Source: Dehalococcoidia bacterium (GTDB lineage: Bacteria > Chloroflexota > Dehalococcoidia > UBA2979). Taken from it: a DNA stretch of 64,000 bases. This document shows, piece after piece, positions 55,999 through 64,000 of this stretch. The notes under the pieces were generated by a model, which worked only from the letters and a program-made list of their open reading frames with translations, did not search any database and was not told the DNA's origin. Position 1 is the first letter of the stretch, and each line of letters starts with the position of its first letter. The position numbers and the translations under genes were made by a program. Where the stretch lies: positions 22,930 to 86,929 of the forward strand of contig JAXLWY010000005.1 of NCBI GenBank assembly GCA_046328255.1, in the 5' to 3' direction.

Positions 55999-57285
55999 GT
56001 GTCCTCGCCCATCCCTGCGCCGCTGCGTGCCGCCATGACAGAAACCATGGTGCCCGTCAGCGACCTCGACAGGCACGAGCCGATCTTCCCGCCGCCGGTC
56101 ACGAGTCGTGAGCGCCTGCTCCTCGGCGAGGCCGTGCGGACGCTCGTGCAGCTGCGCAGTCCCGCGACGTCCACCTCCGAGGTCGACGCGCTGCTGCGTC
56201 CGTTCCTCCCTCCCAACCGCCACCTGCTGCTCACCACCCAGGGAAAGGCGGCCTTCGAGGTGACCGTGCAGGACGCCGAGCTTGCCGGTCAGTCGGTGAT
56301 CCTGCCCGCGTTCTTCCCGGATGACTTCGTCGGTATCTTCCGCAAGTACGGCATCCGCCCCCGCTTCGTCGACGTCAATCCCGACAGCTATGCACTCGAG
56401 GCCGAGCGGATCCCAACCCAGCTCCTCGAGGAGTGCTCCGCCATCGTCGTCGAGCACACCTTCGGCCGTCCCGCGGAGACGGCCGCCCTGCGCCAGCTCT
56501 GCGATCAGCGTGGCCTGCTCCTCATCGAGGACTGCGCGCGCTCCCTTGGCGCCGGCGTGCCCGGCCATTTGACCGGCACCGACGGCGACTACGCGATGTT
56601 CAGCCTCTCGAAGGTGACCCCGGTCCGCGCCGGCGGCGCCGTTACCTCGCGACGTCCGATCGACGCACACCTTGCGCCCGCTCACCTCACGCTGGGTGGC
56701 CTCCTCCACAGCCTCACCCTGATCCGAGTCGGCGCGCTCGAGCCCATCGCCGGCCTCATCTACCGCTTCGCCAAGGGGACCTCGGTCTATCCGCTCGAGG
56801 TGGGCAACTACGATCCCGCTCCACCCGCGGAGCTGGATGCGGTTGCCCTCTTCGTCCTGCGCGCCTACCTCGGCCAGTACGCTGCCGCCGTCGAGAAGCG
56901 CCGTCGACTGGCCGCGATCATCCGCGTCGCCCTCGAACCGTGGGGCTACCGATTCCAGGACGACGCGCCAGGTCACGTCTACACGGCGCTCTCCCTCGAG
57001 CCGCCCCCAGGTGTCGAGCGCGACGACCTCCGCCGCTACCTGCGTGAGCGAGGCGTGAAGGCCCCGTGGATGTGGGAGCACCCCCTCGGCACATCCGAGA
57101 TCGCACGCGTCGAGTGGGGCGCCGACACGGGCTCGTTCCCCGTGGCCGCTCGCCTCGGGAAGCGCCTGCTGCAGCTGCCGATCAGTCGCTATCAGTCGCG
57201 ACGCGAGACGGCACTGATCATCCGGCTCTGCCGCGCCTTCGCCGAGGAGCACCGCGCGCCGCGATACCACCTGGCCCCGCGCTGA
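55999..57285 (+). CDS. DegT-like PLP-dependent enzyme (fold-type I aminotransferase family, divergent)
   Basis: GTG 55999 lies 5 nt after GGAGG. VILPAFFPDDFV, LLLIEDCARSLGA and the FSLSKV candidate PLP Lys. Confidence 0.65.
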   Translation: MSSPIPAPLRAAMTETMVPVSDLDRHEPIFPPPVTSRERLLLGEAVRTLVQLRSPATSTSEVDALLRPFLPPNRHLLLTTQGKAAFEVTVQDAELAGQSVILPAFFPDDFVGIFRKYGIRPRFVDVNPDSYALEAERIPTQLLEECSAIVVEHTFGRPAETAALRQLCDQRGLLLIEDCARSLGAGVPGHLTGTDGDYAMFSLSKVTPVRAGGAVTSRRPIDAHLAPAHLTLGGLLHSLTLIRVGALEPIAGLIYRFAKGTSVYPLEVGNYDPAPPAELDAVALFVLRAYLGQYAAAVEKRRRLAAIIRVALEPWGYRFQDDAPGHVYTALSLEPPPGVERDDLRRYLRERGVKAPWMWEHPLGTSEIARVEWGADTGSFPVAARLGKRLLQLPISRYQSRRETALIIRLCRAFAEEHRAPRYHLAPR

Positions 57286-57322
57286 TGTCTCGGCGCACTC
57301 GGCTCGTCGAGGGCGACACCTG

Positions 57323-58471
57323 ATGGCCCTCGACACTCGCCCGGCCACGACGACGGAAGTCGCCACCGCGGATGCCTCGAGGTCCCACGGCAATGCGGGG
57401 TCGGCTCGACTCGAGTCGCTGATTCGCGCGGCCAGCTCGGCAGAGTGGGACCGATTCGTTACCACCGTCCGCGGCGGTGACCAGGTCCAGTCCTCCCCCT
57501 GGGGCGAGGTGAAACGCGCCTCCGGGATGACGCCGGTCCTCGCGATCGTCCGCCACGGCGACGAGATCGTCGGCGGGGCCCAGGTGATTCTGCGTCGGCT
57601 TCCCGCCTTCGGCACCATCGGCTACGTCCCCCTGGGGCCGCTGTACGCCGACGATCCCGTGCTTCCCGACGTCATCGCCGAGCTGCGGCGTTGCATGCGC
57701 ACCCATCGCGTCCGGGCCCTGGTCGTACAACCACCGTTCGGCGGCGGAGCCGTCGCCGCCGCGCTGACTGCCGAGGGCGCCGTTCGCTCGCCCTTCGAGG
57801 TCGCGCCGTCCGCAACCCTCATCGCCTCCCTCGAAGGCGGGGAGGCCGCGCTCTTCGAACGCCTGCGCTCCAGCGTGCGACGCAATGTGCGCCAGTCCGA
57901 GCGGGCGGGCGTCACGGTCCGAGAACTGGCACACGATGAGCTGTCCATCTTCCACCGCCTCCACGAGGCGACGGCGCAGCGTCAGCGCTTCGACCCAATC
58001 TCGCTGGAACGACTGCACGACATGTGGGACGCGCTCGGCATCGCCGGGATGCGCGTCTTCGTCGCGGAGTTCGAGGGCAGCGCGCTCGCAGGCGCAGCGC
58101 TCAGCAGCTTCGGCCGCACCCTGACGTACAAGATCCCGGGCTCCGAGCGGGCCGGGAAGCTGCGGCCGGCCGACGTCCTCCACTGGCAGATCATGCGGCG
58201 CGCGGCCGCCGAGGGCTTCCACTGGTACGACCTCGGCGGGGTGCCACGGGACTACGCACTCGACCTGGTCGAGGGCCGCGAACCGGCGCCGCACCCCGAA
58301 CTCGGCCCCGCCGAGTTCAAGCGCGGCCTGGGCGGCATCCCCGTGGTGCTCCCCGAACCCCTTGTGCTGATCCCGAGCGGCGCCCTCCGCGCGACGTTCA
58401 GATGGTTCGCCGCGCGCCCACGACTCGCCGAGGCGGTCCAGGGCTGGCTCGACAGCATCCGCCGCGCCTGA
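57323..58471 (+). CDS. FemAB-family aminoacyl-tRNA-dependent peptidyltransferase-like protein
   Basis: FVTTVRGGDQVQSSPWGEVK, SSVRRNVRQSERAGVTV, GRTLTYKIPGSE and LHWQIMRRAAAEGFHWYDLGGVP resemble FemX/FemAB-family motifs. Confidence 0.65.
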   Translation: MALDTRPATTTEVATADASRSHGNAGSARLESLIRAASSAEWDRFVTTVRGGDQVQSSPWGEVKRASGMTPVLAIVRHGDEIVGGAQVILRRLPAFGTIGYVPLGPLYADDPVLPDVIAELRRCMRTHRVRALVVQPPFGGGAVAAALTAEGAVRSPFEVAPSATLIASLEGGEAALFERLRSSVRRNVRQSERAGVTVRELAHDELSIFHRLHEATAQRQRFDPISLERLHDMWDALGIAGMRVFVAEFEGSALAGAALSSFGRTLTYKIPGSERAGKLRPADVLHWQIMRRAAAEGFHWYDLGGVPRDYALDLVEGREPAPHPELGPAEFKRGLGGIPVVLPEPLVLIPSGALRATFRWFAARPRLAEAVQGWLDSIRRA

Positions 58472-58512
58472 CCTCGGCACCCGCGTGGCGCATCGGCATG
58501 GGCCGCGAACGC

Positions 58513-58587
58513 TGGTAGGCCCGCAGGGATTCGAACCCTGGACCGAAGGATTAAAAGTCCTCTGCTCTACCGCTGAGCTACGGGCCC
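58513..58587 (-). tRNA. tRNA-Lys (anticodon UUU), CCA encoded
   Basis: The minus-strand sequence GGGCCCGTAGCTCAGCGGTAGAGCAGAGGACTTTTAATCCTTCGGTCCAGGGTTCGAATCCCTGCGGGCCTACCA folds as a cloverleaf. The anticodon loop is CTTTTAA, the T-loop is GGTTCGAATCC, and there is a 7-bp acceptor stem with G1-U72. Confidence 0.9.
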
Positions 58588-58649
58588 AAATCGAATCTAC
58601 GCGCCCCCTCGAACCCCGTCCACCTCGGCGCACGGCAGTCTCGAGACCT

Positions 58650-58690
58650 GATGAGGGCCCCGTCGCTCATTGGGGACAGAGGCCCTCATC
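58650..58690 (-). terminator. Hairpin downstream of the Ig-repeat protein gene (candidate terminator)
   Basis: GATGAGGGCC...GGCCCTCATC, with 10-bp arms and a 21-nt loop that contains a CCCC/GGGG sub-stem, 15 nt after the stop at 58705. Confidence 0.35.
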
Positions 58691-58704
58691 GAGGTGGCGC
58701 CCGA

Positions 58705-59700
58705 CTACGAGACGGTGATTGTCACCGAGAACAGGTAGGTCAGGCCGCAGGCGTTCTGCGCGTACAGGTGCGCCGTCCAGCTCCCCGCCCAGAGCGGCGT
58801 CCCGGAGAGGTACCCGGTCGCGAGGTCGAGACCGAGCACCGGCGGGAACGAGCCGCCCATCAGGTGGTAGGTCGGGTCGCCGGTCGCCGCGAACTGGTAT
58901 GCATACGGCTGCCCGACCTTTCCGGCCGGCGGCGCGTACGCCGTCCACACCGGGGGTGCGGCGCACGCCGTCGAGGCGGACGCGACCGTGATCGTCACGC
59001 TCGAGCTGTACACCGTCCCGAGGGTGTTCGATGCCTTCGCCTGGAACGTGTACGTCCCCGCCGCGCTCGGCGTCCCCGAGAGCACGCCCGCGGCGCTGAT
59101 CGACAGGCCCGGCGGCAGCGTCCCACTCCCGAGGGCGAACGCCGGCGCCGGGTTCCCGCTCGCAGCGAACGTGTACGCGTACGCGCCCCCCACGGTCGCG
59201 GTCGTCGGCGGGGTCTGCGAGGTGAACACGGGCGCGGCAAGCGCCGCTCCCACGCTCACGGTCGCGGTCGCGCTCACGACGGACCCCGCCGCGTTCGTCG
59301 CGCGGAGCTGGAACGCCCACGATCCGCTCGCGCTCGGGGTGCCGGAGAGCACGCCCGAGGCGCTGTTCAGCGTCAGCCCCGAGGGCAGGGTGCCGGCCGC
59401 GAGCGCGAACGTCGGCGCGGGATTCCCGCTCGCCGCGTAGGCATAGGAGTAGAAGGACCCGACGGTTCCCGTCGAGGGCGGCGTCTGCGCGGTGAACAGC
59501 GGCGCCACAGCGGGCACCGGAGTGGGCGTAGGGGTCGGCGTGCAGCGCAGGCAGCTTCCGCTGGCCGTGCCCTTGGCCGCCTCGCTGCCCTGGCTGGTCA
59601 TCAGCCCCGCCGCCACCAGCACCAGTGAGGTCAGCGCAAGCACCCCGAGGGCGCGCGCGCCTCGATTTCTCCGCGTGGCTGCACACAGGCGAATCAACAC
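58705..59700 (-). CDS. Secreted protein with three tandem putative Ig-like (He_PIG-type) domains
   Basis: Signal/TM segment ALGVLALTSLVLVAAG and a TPTPTPTPVP linker. Three repeats of about 90 aa share G..Y.Y.F.A.G.P.P.F.L..G.LP.GL......G.LSGTP. GTG 59700 or TTG 59697 lies just downstream of an AGGAGGAAG RBS. Confidence 0.75.
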   Translation of the reverse strand: MLIRLCAATRRNRGARALGVLALTSLVLVAAGLMTSQGSEAAKGTASGSCLRCTPTPTPTPVPAVAPLFTAQTPPSTGTVGSFYSYAYAASGNPAPTFALAAGTLPSGLTLNSASGVLSGTPSASGSWAFQLRATNAAGSVVSATATVSVGAALAAPVFTSQTPPTTATVGGAYAYTFAASGNPAPAFALGSGTLPPGLSISAAGVLSGTPSAAGTYTFQAKASNTLGTVYSSSVTITVASASTACAAPPVWTAYAPPAGKVGQPYAYQFAATGDPTYHLMGGSFPPVLGLDLATGYLSGTPLWAGSWTAHLYAQNACGLTYLFSVTITVS

Positions 59701-60209
59701 CGGCTTCCTCCTCAGGCCCCCGCCGTCGTTCAGCCTGGGGAGAATCACCGGTCACGAGGGCTCTCGTGCGCGGTTCGTCACCCGCAGCCCCCGAGGTCAG
59801 TTATCGGCCTGCCTCGAGTTCCTGCGCACACCTCATCAGGTCGCACCGCCCGCGGCGATTCGGGAATCCCCGGCCTGACGGCGCGGATCAAGCGGGCGCA
59901 TACACACCCGATATCTAAACGTCGTGCATGGAAGGGATATGCGCCGCGTCAGACTCCGTTCGGATTCCATCGCAAATCACGCCGTTATCGATGTGCAATG
60001 CGCTCGCCGCACCACTCGCAAGCGCCGTCGAAACGAACCATAAGAAGTCTCGTTAAGTTGCCCGCTGGGCACGGCCGGCCTCGCAAGAACGGGTCCCCCA
60101 CGAACGCGCTCGTACTCACACGCGCGCGCCCATCGCCGACCCCGCGGCTACGATGCACCGGCGCCCTCGCACGACCATCGAGGGCAAATCGCAGCACCCG
60201 AGGTCCCTT

Positions 60210-61523
60210 ATGCTCGCTCGCGTCCTCCCCTCGCGGGTCTTCTACGGCTGGGTCATGGTGGGGAGCGCGCTCGCCATCAACCTGCTGAGCTCCACGCTGA
60301 ATCCGGTCATCTTCTCCTTCTTCATCGGGCCGATGAGCGGCGAACTCGGGGTCAGTACCAGCGCGCTCTCCTGGTCGCTCACGCTCCGCCTCCTGACCGC
60401 GGGCTTCGCCGGCCCCGCGCTCGGGATGCTCATCGATCGGCACGGCACGCGCTGGCTCGGCGCGGCCTGCGGGCTCCTCGCAGGCGCGACCATGCTCGCG
60501 CTCTCCTTCGTGCACAGCCTGTGGCTCGTGTACCTGCTGTTCGCCCTCACCGGTTTCGCCGGCTTTGGCGGCCCGGCCGGCCAGCTCATCACGCAGGTCC
60601 CACTCTCGAGGTGGTTCGTGGTCCGCCGAGGGCGCGCGCTCGCGATCGCCACCACCGGGATGGCAGCGGGCACAACCCTCGCGATCCCGGCCACGCAGGC
60701 CCTCATCGAGGCGTTCGGCTGGAGGGTGACCTACGCGCTGTTCGGCCTTGTCGTCGGGATCGGCATCGCGGCGGTCAGCGTTCTCCTCGTGCGGCGCGCC
60801 CCCGAGGACATGGGCCTGCACCCCGACGGCGCGCCGGCGCCCCTCGTGATCACACCCTCAGCGGCCCGCATCTCGAGCATCGCCACCCACGAGGAGTGGA
60901 CCGTGAGCCAGGCGATGCGCACTCCGACGATGTGGCTCCTGCTCGCGGCACTCGCGTTCGCGGGAGTCGCGCTGACCGGCACGCTCGTCCATCGCGTGCA
61001 CTACTGGACGCAGCTCGGTATGTCGCCCACGCTCGTCGGGCTCGGCACCGCCCTCGACCCGCTGACGGTCGTCTTTTCGCTCATGCTCTTCGGCAGCCTG
61101 GGCGATCGCGTGCCGGTGCGCTACCTCGGCGCGGCGGGATTCGCCGGGATCGCCCTCTCGATCGTGCCGATGATCACCAGCAGCGGCGAGGCCTACACGA
61201 TCCTCGCCCACGGCTTCCTCTGGGGTGCCGGCGCGGGAGGCTTCATCACCCTCAACAACCTGGTCTGGCCCAACTACTTCGGCGTGCGGACCGTCGGCGC
61301 GCTTCGAGGCGTCACGCTTCCCGTCTCGATCGCCGCCTCAGGCGTCGGCGCACCGCTCTACGGCTACCTGCTCGATGCCTTCAGCCCGGCCTCCGTGTGG
61401 GCCCTGTCGTTCGCGGCCTTTGCCTCGAGCGCCGTGCTCGTCCTGTTCGCGCGCCCTCCGAGGCTGCCCGCGCCAGTCGGGGCGCTCGAGGACGCTCCGC
61501 TCGTCGCCCTCGCCCGCGAGTAG
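60210..61523 (+). CDS. MFS transporter (oxalate/formate antiporter-like subfamily)
   Basis: Start MLARVLPSRVFYGWVMV at 60210. 12 predicted TM segments. 437 aa. Confidence 0.8.
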   Translation: MLARVLPSRVFYGWVMVGSALAINLLSSTLNPVIFSFFIGPMSGELGVSTSALSWSLTLRLLTAGFAGPALGMLIDRHGTRWLGAACGLLAGATMLALSFVHSLWLVYLLFALTGFAGFGGPAGQLITQVPLSRWFVVRRGRALAIATTGMAAGTTLAIPATQALIEAFGWRVTYALFGLVVGIGIAAVSVLLVRRAPEDMGLHPDGAPAPLVITPSAARISSIATHEEWTVSQAMRTPTMWLLLAALAFAGVALTGTLVHRVHYWTQLGMSPTLVGLGTALDPLTVVFSLMLFGSLGDRVPVRYLGAAGFAGIALSIVPMITSSGEAYTILAHGFLWGAGAGGFITLNNLVWPNYFGVRTVGALRGVTLPVSIAASGVGAPLYGYLLDAFSPASVWALSFAAFASSAVLVLFARPPRLPAPVGALEDAPLVALARE

Positions 61524-61753
61524 CCCAGAAGCCCCGCTCGAACCGCCTCGTGCTCCACACGCGGCCCGCAGCCACGGCGTTGCACACGCGTATCAATGTC
61601 GACTCGGGTTCAGATATCGCGTCACGTTTCGAGGATCGCTGCGCCTGTCCCTACGTTGACCGGTCGAGTCAACTATCGAGGCGAGCGGCGCCCCTGGTGT
61701 TGTTCGCCCTCCAGCACGCAGCATCCAGCCGAGTGGCCGGAGGCCCGACGCCG

Positions 61754-62947
61754 ATGACCACCCTCCGACTCCCCGAGCCCTCACTCGCCTCCGCGAACCG
61801 CATCGGGCAGGCCGCCGGCGTGGGCGCGGTCGCTGTGCTGCTGGCGGGACTGGCCGTGCGTCCCGTCACCGCGCTCTTCGTGCTCTGGGACGTCGTGATT
61901 CCCGTCCTGCCGGCCGTCTTCGTCATCAATCCGATGCTCTGGCGGAACGTCTGTCCGCTCGCGACGCTGAACTCGCTCACGGGACATCGAGGCGCGGTGC
62001 GCTCCCTCTCCGGCCTCGAGATGCAGCGCTGGCCCGTCAGTGTCGCGCTGCTCGCGATCCTGGTGCCCGGGCGGCGGTTCCTCTTCAACGAGGACGGCCC
62101 GGCCCTCGCACTCACGATCGCGGCCGTCGGCGTCCTTGCGCTCGTGCTGGGCCTCGTCTACTCGCGTCGTGCGGGCTTCTGCAACACGATCTGTCCGGTG
62201 AATCCCGTCGAGAAGCTCTACGGCCAGGCCCCGCTCTTCGATCTCACCTCCGCGCGCTGCAGCGACTGCGCCTCGTGCGCGCCTCGAGGTTGCATCGACC
62301 TCGTCGGCGCACGGAGCGCGATGGTGTCGCTCGGAAATCAGCGTGCCGACGCCCGCTGGCTCGCGAGCCCGTTCGGCGTCTTCGTGGCGGCCTTCCCCGG
62401 GTTCATCGCCGGATACTTCACGACGCACAACGGACCGCTCGAGCTCGCACCCTCGATCTACGCCCACATCCTCGCGTTTGCCGTCGCGAGCTACCTGCTC
62501 ACGGTGGTCGTCACCAGGGCGACCGGCGCGTCTCCTCAGCGTGTCGTGCGTCTCTCGGGTGCGCTCTCCGTGGCGCTCTACTATGGCTTCTCGGCGCCCA
62601 CGCTGATCGAGACGTACGCACCCCTGGTGGACGGCCCGACGCTCCTCCGCGGGATGACGGTCGCGGCGATGCTCGCGTGGTTCCTGGGCCTGGTCCCCGC
62701 ACGCCGAGGTGTCTCTCAGCTCGCCGTACGGCGCGGAGCTTCCATCGCCGAGCGTGCGGCAACGCTCCCTGTCGCAGCGCTCCCTGTCCCAGCGCTCCCT
62801 GCCGTAACGCTCCCTGCCGCAACGCTGCCTGTCGCCACGCCGCGCGCCGCGCGCCCGAGTCCGCATCGGACACAGCTGCCGGACTACGCGCTCGCTGTTG
62901 CTCCGGTCGAGGCCTATCGTCCGATGCCTACCCACGCCGACCCCTGA
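61754..62947 (+). CDS. Integral membrane Fe-S (NapH/MauN-like polyferredoxin-type) protein with a repetitive Pro/Ala/Leu tail
   Basis: Start MTTLRLPEP at 61754. WRNVCPLATLN and GFCNTICPV (CxxxCP-type motifs), and CSDCASCAPRGC (ferredoxin-like). Several TM segments. Confidence 0.55.
   Translation: MTTLRLPEPSLASANRIGQAAGVGAVAVLLAGLAVRPVTALFVLWDVVIPVLPAVFVINPMLWRNVCPLATLNSLTGHRGAVRSLSGLEMQRWPVSVALLAILVPGRRFLFNEDGPALALTIAAVGVLALVLGLVYSRRAGFCNTICPVNPVEKLYGQAPLFDLTSARCSDCASCAPRGCIDLVGARSAMVSLGNQRADARWLASPFGVFVAAFPGFIAGYFTTHNGPLELAPSIYAHILAFAVASYLLTVVVTRATGASPQRVVRLSGALSVALYYGFSAPTLIETYAPLVDGPTLLRGMTVAAMLAWFLGLVPARRGVSQLAVRRGASIAERAATLPVAALPVPALPAVTLPAATLPVATPRAARPSPHRTQLPDYALAVAPVEAYRPMPTHADP
62759..62833 (+). 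repeat. Five tandem copies of a 15-bp unit (in frame, encoding A-x-L-P-x pentapeptides)
   Basis: GCAACGCTCCCTGTC / GCAGCGCTCCCTGTC / CCAGCGCTCCCTGCC / GTAACGCTCCCTGCC / GCAACGCTGCCTGTC. Confidence 0.9.
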
Positions 62948-62995
62948 TCGCTCGCGACTGCGCGCATCGGGCGTAGCGAACAGCGCGAGGTCCCG

Positions 62996-63640
62996 ATGGC
63001 GGTGGCGATCGCCTCCGAGTACCGCGTCTCCCGGGCAGGCGGCACGGCCTTCATCGAGGCCGCACGTCGTGCGCTGGCGAGGGCCGCCGATGCCGGCGCG
63101 CGCGCTGCCATCCGGCGTGATCTCGTCGCGGGTGAAGCCACGGACGCGTGCTCGCTCTGCGCCTGGTTCGCCACCGCCGAGGCCCGCGCCGACTTCCTCG
63201 ATGCCATCGCCGATCAACTCGAAGCCCCGCTCGCACCCCTCGTCGACACCGGCACGGTCTCGCTTGTCGGTCGCGCGTTCCTCGACGAGCTGCCCGCTCG
63301 CGAGGAAGCGGCGCCACCGCCGCCGGTGCTGACCAGCCTGCGCTTCCGCGTCAAGCCCGGTCGGGAGGTCGAGGCGGACCAGGCGCTGCTCGCCGGCATC
63401 GAGCTGCGCCGCGGGCTGGGCATCGAGGCACATCTGTACGCGACGCAGCACGCGGGCGCGCGCCAGGGCCTCCGCTACTTCGAGATCCACGCGGCGAGCC
63501 ATCGCGCGCTCGTCGACGACGCCGCGCGCGTCGTCGCCAATCGCGCGCGTCTCGGCGGCCTCGGCCCGATCCCTCAGGCGATCGCCGCTGGCGCGATGTC
63601 GATCGTCGAGAGCGCACTCTCGACGCACACCGTCCTCTAG
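62996..63640 (+). CDS. Hypothetical protein (possibly two ferredoxin-like/ABM-type alpha+beta half-domains)
   Basis: High GC3 in this frame and no strong motif. Two similar halves are each about 100 aa. Confidence 0.45.
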   Translation: MAVAIASEYRVSRAGGTAFIEAARRALARAADAGARAAIRRDLVAGEATDACSLCAWFATAEARADFLDAIADQLEAPLAPLVDTGTVSLVGRAFLDELPAREEAAPPPPVLTSLRFRVKPGREVEADQALLAGIELRRGLGIEAHLYATQHAGARQGLRYFEIHAASHRALVDDAARVVANRARLGGLGPIPQAIAAGAMSIVESALSTHTVL

Positions 63641-63654
63641 CCGCGCTCGCAGAC

Positions 63655-64000
63655 TTACTCGAGCACTGCCACGTTCACCGAGGAGATCGGCGGCAGGTTC
63701 GAGGTGAGCTCGCGCCACGTCGCGCCCTCATCGGCGCTCGCGTACAGCTGCCCCGTGTTCGTCCCGAGGTAGAGTCCGGCCGGGTCCAGTCGGTCGATCG
63801 CCATCCCCTCGCGGTACATCCCCATGTACGCGTGCTCCTGCGGCAGTCCCGCCGTCAGCGGCTCCCAGCTCGCCCCCGCATCCGAGGTGCGATACACGCG
63901 CAGCCTGCCCTCGGGTGGCACGCGGAACTCACCCGCGATCAGCGGCGCGACGTACGCCACATCGCTCTTCCGAGGGTGCGCGGCGATCACCATCCCGAAG
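63655..64000 (-). CDS. BNR/sialidase-like beta-propeller protein, C-terminal part (the 5' end lies beyond the window)
   Basis: Two S-x-D-x-G-x-x-W type BNR motifs (TSDAGASWEPL, SADEGATWREL). The ORF is open to the window edge. Confidence 0.65.
   Translation of the reverse strand, partial: FGMVIAAHPRKSDVAYVAPLIAGEFRVPPEGRLRVYRTSDAGASWEPLTAGLPQEHAYMGMYREGMAIDRLDPAGLYLGTNTGQLYASADEGATWRELTSNLPPISSVNVAVLE

Noticed and set aside
58400-59800. Genomic island or integrated element at tRNA-Lys
   Set aside because: There is no integrase, excisionase, transposase or duplicated tRNA 3' end. GC content and codon style do not change across the tRNA.
62759-62833. 15-bp tandem repeats as a CRISPR-like array
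   Set aside because: The units are contiguous with no spacers. They lie in frame inside a coding region, and there are no cas genes.

Overview
High-GC (roughly 68-70% by eye) bacterial chromosomal segment, densely packed with housekeeping and metabolic genes on both strands. The gene content and the intergenic repeats whose spurious translations read FVVS / LSLSKG resemble Chloroflexota (Thermomicrobia-like), but that taxon call is inference only. Main blocks, in order:
- Serine hydrolase and quinone oxidoreductase.
- Lon-like protease plus a HAD hydrolase.
- Truncated globin, an IMPase-family phosphatase and a peptide/nickel-type ABC binding protein.
- A complete SUF Fe-S assembly operon: sufR-sufC-sufB-sufD-small Cys ORF-Rieske-sufS-sufU-sufT.
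- A loose acyl-CoA/fatty-acid set: MaoC, an acyl-CoA mutase large subunit, FabG, a split hotdog pair, PaaI and a family III CoA-transferase.
- Alanine dehydrogenase.
- A Fur-family regulator with a ZnuABC/TroABC-type metal importer.
- An ECF sigma / anti-sigma pair.
- A MarR-RND-adaptor efflux operon.
- A pssA-methyltransferase-psd phospholipid operon.
- An OmpR-type two-component system with an extra degenerate kinase.
- An amino-sugar cluster containing two DegT-like and two FemAB-like genes.
- One tRNA-Lys(UUU).
- A secreted Ig-repeat protein, an MFS transporter and a membrane polyferredoxin.

I saw no rRNA, CRISPR, transposase, integrase, phage or recognisable defence genes.

The most notable observations:
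1. At least ten conserved genes are interrupted by net +/-1 frame changes, mostly in short G/C runs. This is either an assembly-quality problem or real pseudogenisation.
2. A composite GC-rich repeat family occurs at eight intergenic loci, all in one orientation. Its core is a canonical G-quadruplex motif.
3. The DegT/FemAB amino-sugar cluster is my best candidate for undescribed chemistry.
4. Two probable CTG start codons are coupled to upstream TGA stops.
5. A 15-bp in-frame tandem repeat lies in a membrane Fe-S protein.

I found no convincing evidence for a clearly new multi-gene system beyond these. All family assignments rest on motifs read by eye from the translations; no database search was run.
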